Below are positions 56,976-64,000 of a stretch of 64,000 nucleotides of DNA, piece by piece. Position 1 is the stretch's first letter. Each line of letters opens with the position of its first letter. The translations under genes were made by a program, and so were the position numbers. Origin of the DNA: the human T2T-CHM13v2.0 reference genome, Homo sapiens. The notes under the pieces are model-generated. The model searched no databases. It worked only from the letters and a program-made list of their open reading frames with translations, and was not told the origin of the DNA. The stretch is taken from the NCBI RefSeq assembly GCF_009914755.1, contig NC_060926.1; one strand, given 5' to 3'.

Positions 56976-57622
56976 TGTCAGGGAGGAAAGCCTACTCCAT
57001 CCTCCTAGGGTTCCTGATTAGGTCTAAAAATAAAACCGGCAAAGACAGATGGATAGGAGAAAGCACACAAATTTATTGAATAAAAGTTTTACATGACATG
57101 GGAGCCTTCAGAAATGAAGATCCAAAGACTCAGGAACAACTGTCTATTTTTGTGCTTAGGTTTGATGGAGAACAGACGGCCATGTAGAAATGTGGTTGGA
57201 CCAAAGGGTATGATCTAATGGTGAGAGACTGAAGCGGGGAAAACCTAGCTAGACCTGTCTTTCAGATTCTTCTTGGCCTCTCTGTGTGGCATTCCTTTCC
57301 CCTGGGTGTAGGGCAGGACCTCTGGAATGAGGGTCTTATGATCTACTTTCAAACAAAGTAGGTCAGAGAATTTCTTTATAGCCAGCTCCTACACAGAAAG
57401 GCAGAGGAAGGTCAGAGTAGTATTTCTAGGTTTTATGGCTTGCTTTAGGGAAGGAGAATTCTAGTTTCTAGGTCTGCCTTGGGGGAGAAACAGGAACAAG
57501 AGAAAGGAGGGTGGGAGAAGGTTGAAAGACCTTGCTTCTAAGGCCCTTTCAATCTACTTCCGTTGAAAGCACTCAGCATGCCAAGGTGCCATAGTTTGGG
57601 GTATCATGTTCTGACCCCAGCA
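56976..57622 (-). mobile_element. MER39-type ERV1 solo LTR
   Basis: Minus start TGCTGGGGTCAGAACATGATACCCCAAACTATGGCACCTTGGCATGCTGAGTGC; TSD ACAG/ACGG. Confidence 0.85.
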
Positions 57623-59069
57623 ACGGCTCAGACTACTGCACAGGAAACAGGTACAGAGAGGGAAGTGGATTGCAGGGGTTTCAGTTGGAAAGACGTGACA
57701 GTGGTTAAGGAGAGGAAAAGGGGGGCCTGGACTCTTCCCTGAAAGGGCTGTGAATTGGGTGTAGCTCAATGTCACTTACAGAAAGAGCCCTCATGGTAGC
57801 ATTCTGTGTGACGTCAAGCCCCGCATCCTGTAGACCAGTGAGTGGGTCCACAGGAAGTCCCTGAGGTGTTCTGAGAGCAATACATTTACAAAACCTTGGG
57901 GCAAAGCCAGAAGGACAGTCGGGGGCTATAGGAATGGATAAGACTTGTGGACATGCTTAGGCACAAGAGCTTTTTAGAGGATTAAATGAGAAGAAGCATA
58001 TTAACTCTTTTGTCTAAGACACAGAATATTTTTAAAAGCTCTTCAAATACTGGCTAGCATTGCTTGATTCCACCCCCTGTTCTATGACCTGCATCGTGGC
58101 TCTCAGCTCCATGAAAGGAAAGGTGAGCCTCGTATGTAGCTTTTTCTCCAGCATTAAGCACAGTTTCTGGTATACATACATCAGGTTATCTGTGAGTCCT
58201 TGTTGATTAAGTTAAAGTAGTAGATTAAAAACTTTCCCAAGATAGGAATTCTGGCTTCAGAACCTCCTGTTTCCCTTATGACACACTAAGGTGCCCGGAA
58301 AAATCAAATCCAACAAATGTTTAAGATTGATCCTAGAATTTCTAAAGAATGGGTCTTACTCCAACTCAAGGTCTGAGAAAACCCAAGGAAAGGCCTCCCA
58401 CAGGAGTGTAGACCCAAAGAAGTGGCTTCTTGACCAGGGCACAGTAGGAAAAGGCTGCCCAATGTGGCTGCTGAGGAAAGAGCCACAAATGACCACAAAG
58501 GCAGGGCACAGCATCTATTGTGAAAGCCCAGCCAAGGACAAAGCAGGGAGGACTGAAAACCAGGCTGGAAGCTTAATGAGCTGACTAGCAGTGTGGAATG
58601 CGAGTGAAGAATGGGGCAAGCAAGTGGTTACGAACTAAGACCATGAGGACGCAGCAAGCCTGGCCCTGCCACAGTTGAGTCATGACCATCGTCCCGGGCA
58701 GAGGAGACTTGCAGTCAGAAGAAACCGTGCAGGGAAGATCTCCAGAGAAACATCCTGGGTGCAGTGCTGAAAGGGGACAGCACTACAGGAAAACATCCAG
58801 GAGAATGTCCAGAAGATGGTATAATAGAGGAGGAGAAGGAGAGAGAAAGCTTCAGGGAGTCAGTACTCAGAAGCAGCCCCCTGTGGTGGGAAAAACACGG
58901 GCCCTGGGTCAAACCAGAGACCAATTCCCTGGAGCCACATGGAGTCTCCAAATTGTGGGGGACCATGAATGCTTTCTCACCAAGATGATCTGACTATGAA
59001 ATGAGATGAAGTACATAAAGCACCTTGCACAGTGCATGGCCCACTCGAGATGTGTTCCCTGAAGTCATG

Positions 59070-59430
59070 CATTTAATACATATTTAATGAGCACCTACTA
59101 TGTACCAGGCAGTGTCCTGAGAACTAAAGGTGCAGTAGTGAATGAAACAAAATCTCTGTCTTCAGGAAGCTTATATTTGAGAGGAAATGGCAAAAGATAG
59201 ATAAACAAATACATTTACTAGTTAGAGGCAGGGAGCAAAAAGAGCCATAAAAATATAAGACAATGTAAGTGTGCTTAGATAGAATGGTCTTCAAGTGGTA
59301 TTTGAACAGATATCTAAGTGAGGTGAGTGAGGGGGCCATGCACAGATCTGGGGGAAGAATGTTTTAGGCAAAGAGAACAGCAAGAGTAGAGATCCTGAGA
59401 TGGGATGTGCTTGGTGGGTTCAAGAGGTAG
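59070..59430 (-). mobile_element. L2a fragment
   Basis: CATATTTAATGAGCACCTACTATGTACCAGGCAGTG...GGGGAAGAATGTTTTAGGCAAAGAGAACAGC. Confidence 0.78.
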
Positions 59431-60304
59431 TAGATTCTTTTTCTTCTCATTCTGTTCCTTCAGGGCAGCTTGACACATGACATCTGTGGACATTCCAATC
59501 CTCAGTCCTGAAGCTGTATCAGTCATTCTTTGAGAGATGTATTCCATATTCATTCCTTCATCTGCACATCTCCCAATCTGTAAGCAGAGTGTTCACATCA
59601 TTTAGAGAGATAAGATTCAGTCACAGAACTAATGTGTCCCTAGGCCCAATGGTGGCCCCCAGCCCCTGGACCCCTAGATTTTTAGATCTCACACACTACT
59701 CAGAGTACCTTTCAATGCATGTGACAGCAGGGCACATGCTCAGGAGGGAGTGAGACTACTCACAAAGAGTGAGTGATGGAAGATAGAAAGAAGGTGGAGA
59801 AAGGGGCAGAGAGGTCCATGAACACACCCCCTTCTCATTTCTGAATAGAAAATAGAGGCTTGGATTGTACCTCCTAGACAGGCTCTCCCCAGGGCTGCTT
59901 AATGGAGAAGGCAGGTGGGAGTGGAAAGGCAGGGGGAGGTCTGGGACATTTTCTTTTGCTTTGTTGGCTTTGTAAAGCTAAAAAAAAAATCCACCAACTG
60001 TGATTCTAGTCCTGATTGCAAAACATTCTGTTATTTAGCTCTGGGGCTGCAGTTAGCAGATTGTCAGTTTGGCCTCACAGTGAAGCAGCAGCCAAAAAAG
60101 ATGAGATATTTTAATTTCCTGAGCAGGTGCAGATATCAGGATTGGTTTCAGAATACCTGTGAAAAATGAAATAGAGGTGGGGAAGGAAAGCAAGAACTGA
60201 TGTGATGTGGGCTGGGGGTTGGAGGTACCCAGAGAAGGAAGAGAGAGATGAAGCAAAAATGAGGAGAATACAAGCATGTGAGAGGAAACACCATGAGAAA
60301 CAGA

Positions 60305-60600
60305 AGCAGGGAGACAGGGAGATGTTGGTCAAAGGGTAGAAGGTATCAGTTAGATGTAAAAATAAGCTTTTGAGTTATACTGTGCAGTGTAGTAACTGTC
60401 ATGAATAATAATGTATTGTGTATTTCAAAATTGCTAGGACAGTAATTTTAAATGTTCTCACCACAAAAAAATGATGAGCATGAGAGGTGATAGATATGTT
60501 AATTTACTTGATTTAATTATTCTATGATGTATACATATATCAAAATATCACATTTTACCTCTAAAACAATTATAATTTTTCAATTAAAAATAAAAATACA
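60305..60600 (+). mobile_element. L1MA 3'-end fragment
   Basis: GGGAGATGTTGGTCAAAGGG...AATGTATTGTGTATTTCAAAATTGCTA...AATGTTCTCACCACAAAAAAATG. Confidence 0.85.
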
Positions 60601-61669
60601 TTTTAAAATACAGTAATTTTTAAAAAGAAACAGAAAAAAGGAGGCAGCCAGAAGAAGCCTGATGACCTTAGAAAAATTACTAAAAATTTTGGGCTCAAAG
60701 TGGGAAGGGTTGTTCCATGCATTTGCTCCCTGGCCGGTTCAATCCTCTGTATTGTCAAGGTCGGCACCAACTCGCAAAGTGCCTTTCTGAAAATCTGAAG
60801 GACACCACTCCCTGTAGGCACGGCCCCTGCCCTAACTGTCCTCAGCAAGCCCAGCCTGGGCTGTCTTTCACCCATGCACACGCCTTTGTGCAAATCACCA
60901 CCTGCACCCCCCACCTGGCGATCCTGTTCCTATGATAAAATTGATTTTCAGTAAGGCAGCAAGACTTTGAAGTGTTGGGAAACAGACAATATTGAGAAAG
61001 AAGGGGGCAGAGAGTGTGAGAAGTAGCAGGTAGAATAACACAGCCCAAAATGCATGGCTACAAAGTTGTCAAACAGCCTAAGGCAGGCACCAAGGCCACA
61101 TCTCAAAGGGAATAGTCAATCTCCTAAAATAGAGCCATTAATAAGGTAGAAAGAGGCAGGGCACCTGCCCAGATCCCACACTCTGATTGCCTTCCCACCA
61201 CTCTCTCAGCCTCACACATTCAATAAATGAATGCATGCCTTTACTAGCATGTAAATCCTTTCCTAGCCTATCCCAGTCTATCAGTGATGATGGGAATGAG
61301 AAGGAATAGGAGAGAATGTAAAGACTATCTTATATGTGCCTGAGGTCTGTGTTTGCATTAATTCACTCAGCAAGCATTTATATAGTGTGCGGTAGGTGCT
61401 AAATAGTCCTCTAGGTACTGGCCATGTAACAGCATCAAGATAATCGGATTCCTTTCCTCAGGAGACTGATGTGATGATATAGGAGATAACAAAAAGGGAC
61501 TAAATAAAATGGTTAAAAGCATGGGTAGGCATGGTGATAATAACAATGTGGTTCATGCCTCAAGATTGTGTAATGATTAAATTAAAGGATACGTGTAGTG
61601 TGGCTCAGTGTGTGGCTCTGAGTGGGTGCTCCGCGACACTAATTATCTTTCAATATTTCTTTCTCTCCA

Positions 61670-64000
61670 ACCCCAAACTCTAGTAATGGGAAGAAACTAG
61701 CAGTTTCCAATGTACAAATCTAGAAGAGTGTTGCTTGCACTGTTACAACAAGAAAAATGTTCATAAGACTTCAAATTCATGACTGTCCTTGAGCTCATTA
61801 AAGAACTGAGATGATAAGACAAAACTAATGGAGAATTTGGAGGGTAAGTCACTGGCAGAGAGAAACAAGACCCAACAAGATACCTCTGAATGCCAGTAAG
61901 ACAAATTAGCAAGAACATTTTAATAAATTACTAAAATCTGAGCATGGCCTAGTGTGACAGTGTGAAACCCCCACAGGCCACAGACAGAGAGAGGTGCACA
62001 CCCTCTGGCAGGCTTTTCCTCCGGGATCTCAGGACTTGCTCCCAGAGAAAGTCAGGCAGAATCCTGAGAATGCTTCCCTTTCGAGATTGCTGGTGGATGC
62101 AGGATACAGGAGTCATTATTGAGATCTGCCCACACCCATTTGCCTATTTTCTCTACAGAACAAAAATCTTAATAAATCTTGATTAATTAAAAGGCAACAA
62201 AAATAGTTGCCTGTAGGCACTGGAGAAAACCCTCATCAGCTGGGAGAAGGGACCAGGAAAAAAAAAAACTACTTATGGAAGAGGGACAGGAATACATGCT
62301 ATAGCCACCAGCTTCTGGGAAATGGATGGAAAAACTTGAAAAAGCCACACCCTCAGGAACCAGATTCACAGTGACTGCCCAGAGCAAAGGCTTAGTCATA
62401 ACATCAGACAAGGTATCACCTTTGCCTCTCACATCGTACTAACAAGCACTGAGTGCACACGAAGGAAAATAGAACTGAGCGCCATGAGAGAAAAATATCC
62501 TCTCTGCTATGCAGCACATAGTGAAAATACAAAGCTAAACATGTAGACCTAGAGCCACAATTGGGGTCAGCATTGAGAAAAAATGCTGTGGTTTATTAGC
62601 TCACACACCAACTGCATTTTACTGGTGGAACGTGAAGCCCCTGGTGCACTGAGGGCAACAAAAGAAACAACAAATATCAAACCAAGCCCAACTCCCAACT
62701 AGATTAACACAACCCACTCCACATTGAAAACCTAGCAGACAAAGTTGTACCCACCTTCCAACATTAAAACATTGTCTTAGGTATACGATACGTCTGACTT
62801 TGAAAAACAACAGAAACAACAGGTTAAGGTACATGCCAGAAGGCAAGAAAAAGCAAGAGGTAAAGCGATAGTCAGAACCAGACTCGCCTGATGAGACACA
62901 AACTTTTGCAGACTTTTCCTCTATTAATCTCTTCAGACTCTATAGGAAAAGGAAGATCCAGCTCTGTCAGTAAAAACAACATAAAAGTCAAATAGAGAAT
63001 TTCAGTAAAGAGACAAAAGCTATAAGAAAGAATCAAATGAAAACGTTAACAATCTAAAACACAGTCATGGAGATGAAAAATGACTTAAACAGGCCAATCA
63101 GTACACTCAACATAGCTAAGGAAACTGTCAACAAACTGAAAAAGTTGAATGGAAACTACTCAACTAAAAAAAAGTGAAAAATGAGAAAAAGAAAAGAACA
63201 ATAGCAATGACAAAACAATAGAACATCAAGGGCTATGAACCACATTAAAAGATCTACTCATCAGAACCTCATAAAGAGAAGAGAGACTGTGAAAGAAGAA
63301 ATATTGAAGAAATATTTCCCAAGATTTTTCCAAAGTTAGTGACAGACACCAAACCACAGACCCTAAGAGCTCACAGAGAGCAAACAGCATAAAAACCAAA
63401 TAAGCCACAACTAGGCAAATGATATTCAAACTGCTGCAAACTGAAGACAAAAGAAAATCTTGAAGACAGATAGAGAAAAAAGGCACATTACCTACAGAGG
63501 AAAATAAAATTAATTATTTCAGACTTATCATTAGTAACCATGCAAGCAAGAAGCCAATGGCACATCTTCAAAGTCTGGGAGAAATAAACTGCCAAACCAT
63601 AATTCTATACTCAATGAAAATAAACTTCAAAAGTGAAGAAGAAATAATTATTTCTCAGATAAATAGAAACTGAGGTAATTCATTGCCAACTGACATACTT
63701 TATAAGCAACATTGAAAAAAAAAAACTTCAAGCAGAAACATGGAAATACACAAGGAAATAAATAGTATAAGGAATGGAATAAATGGAGATGAAATAAGTT
63801 TTTTCTTACTTTACATTTCCTTGAAAGATAACTAATGTTTAAAGTAAATAGTGGAAGTGAATTATGTATTTATGATATATATAATATAAAAGTTAAATAT
63901 ACAAGAACAAAGTTATAAGAAGTAGATGAGAGGAATTGGGAATATAGTGATATAAGATGGTCTAATTATATGGTAAATTGCATAATATTATTTGGGGGGT
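61670..64000 (+). mobile_element. Old L1 (L1MC/MD-type) 5'UTR + ORF1 remnant, runs off window
   Basis: ORF1-like GATATTCAAACTGCTGCAAAC, CACATCTTCAAAGT, AATTCTATACTC...CTTCAAAAGTGAAG. Confidence 0.75.

Overview
AT-rich, CpG-depleted catarrhine primate (human-like) genomic DNA, apparently intergenic or deep intronic. I find no credible host protein-coding gene, tRNA/rRNA or CRISPR array. Every recognisable ORF in the track is a transposable-element remnant (Alu pseudo-ORFs, L1 ORF1/ORF2, hAT transposase C-terminus, ERV-L dUTPase/integrase). The first ~30 kb is dominated by old LINE-1 copies; the rest is richer in MIR/L2 with a few repeat-poor islands. LTR elements are unusually dense (~19 insertions, roughly 15 kb by my tally). 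Two four-layer nested insertion stacks are present, plus an ERV-L relic hosting four younger elements including a two-LTR MSTB. The most unusual signals are local templated insertions: a perfect circularly permuted 29-bp copy inside an old L1, and an ~83-bp ectopic copy inside ERV-L integrase. Candidate regulatory motifs include a HOX/CDX/MEIS cluster, an LTR-borne CTCF motif and a CRE+ETS pair. Repeat subfamily names come from recalled consensus sequences, not a search, and need RepeatMasker/Dfam confirmation. I do not see evidence for a new multi-gene biological system.
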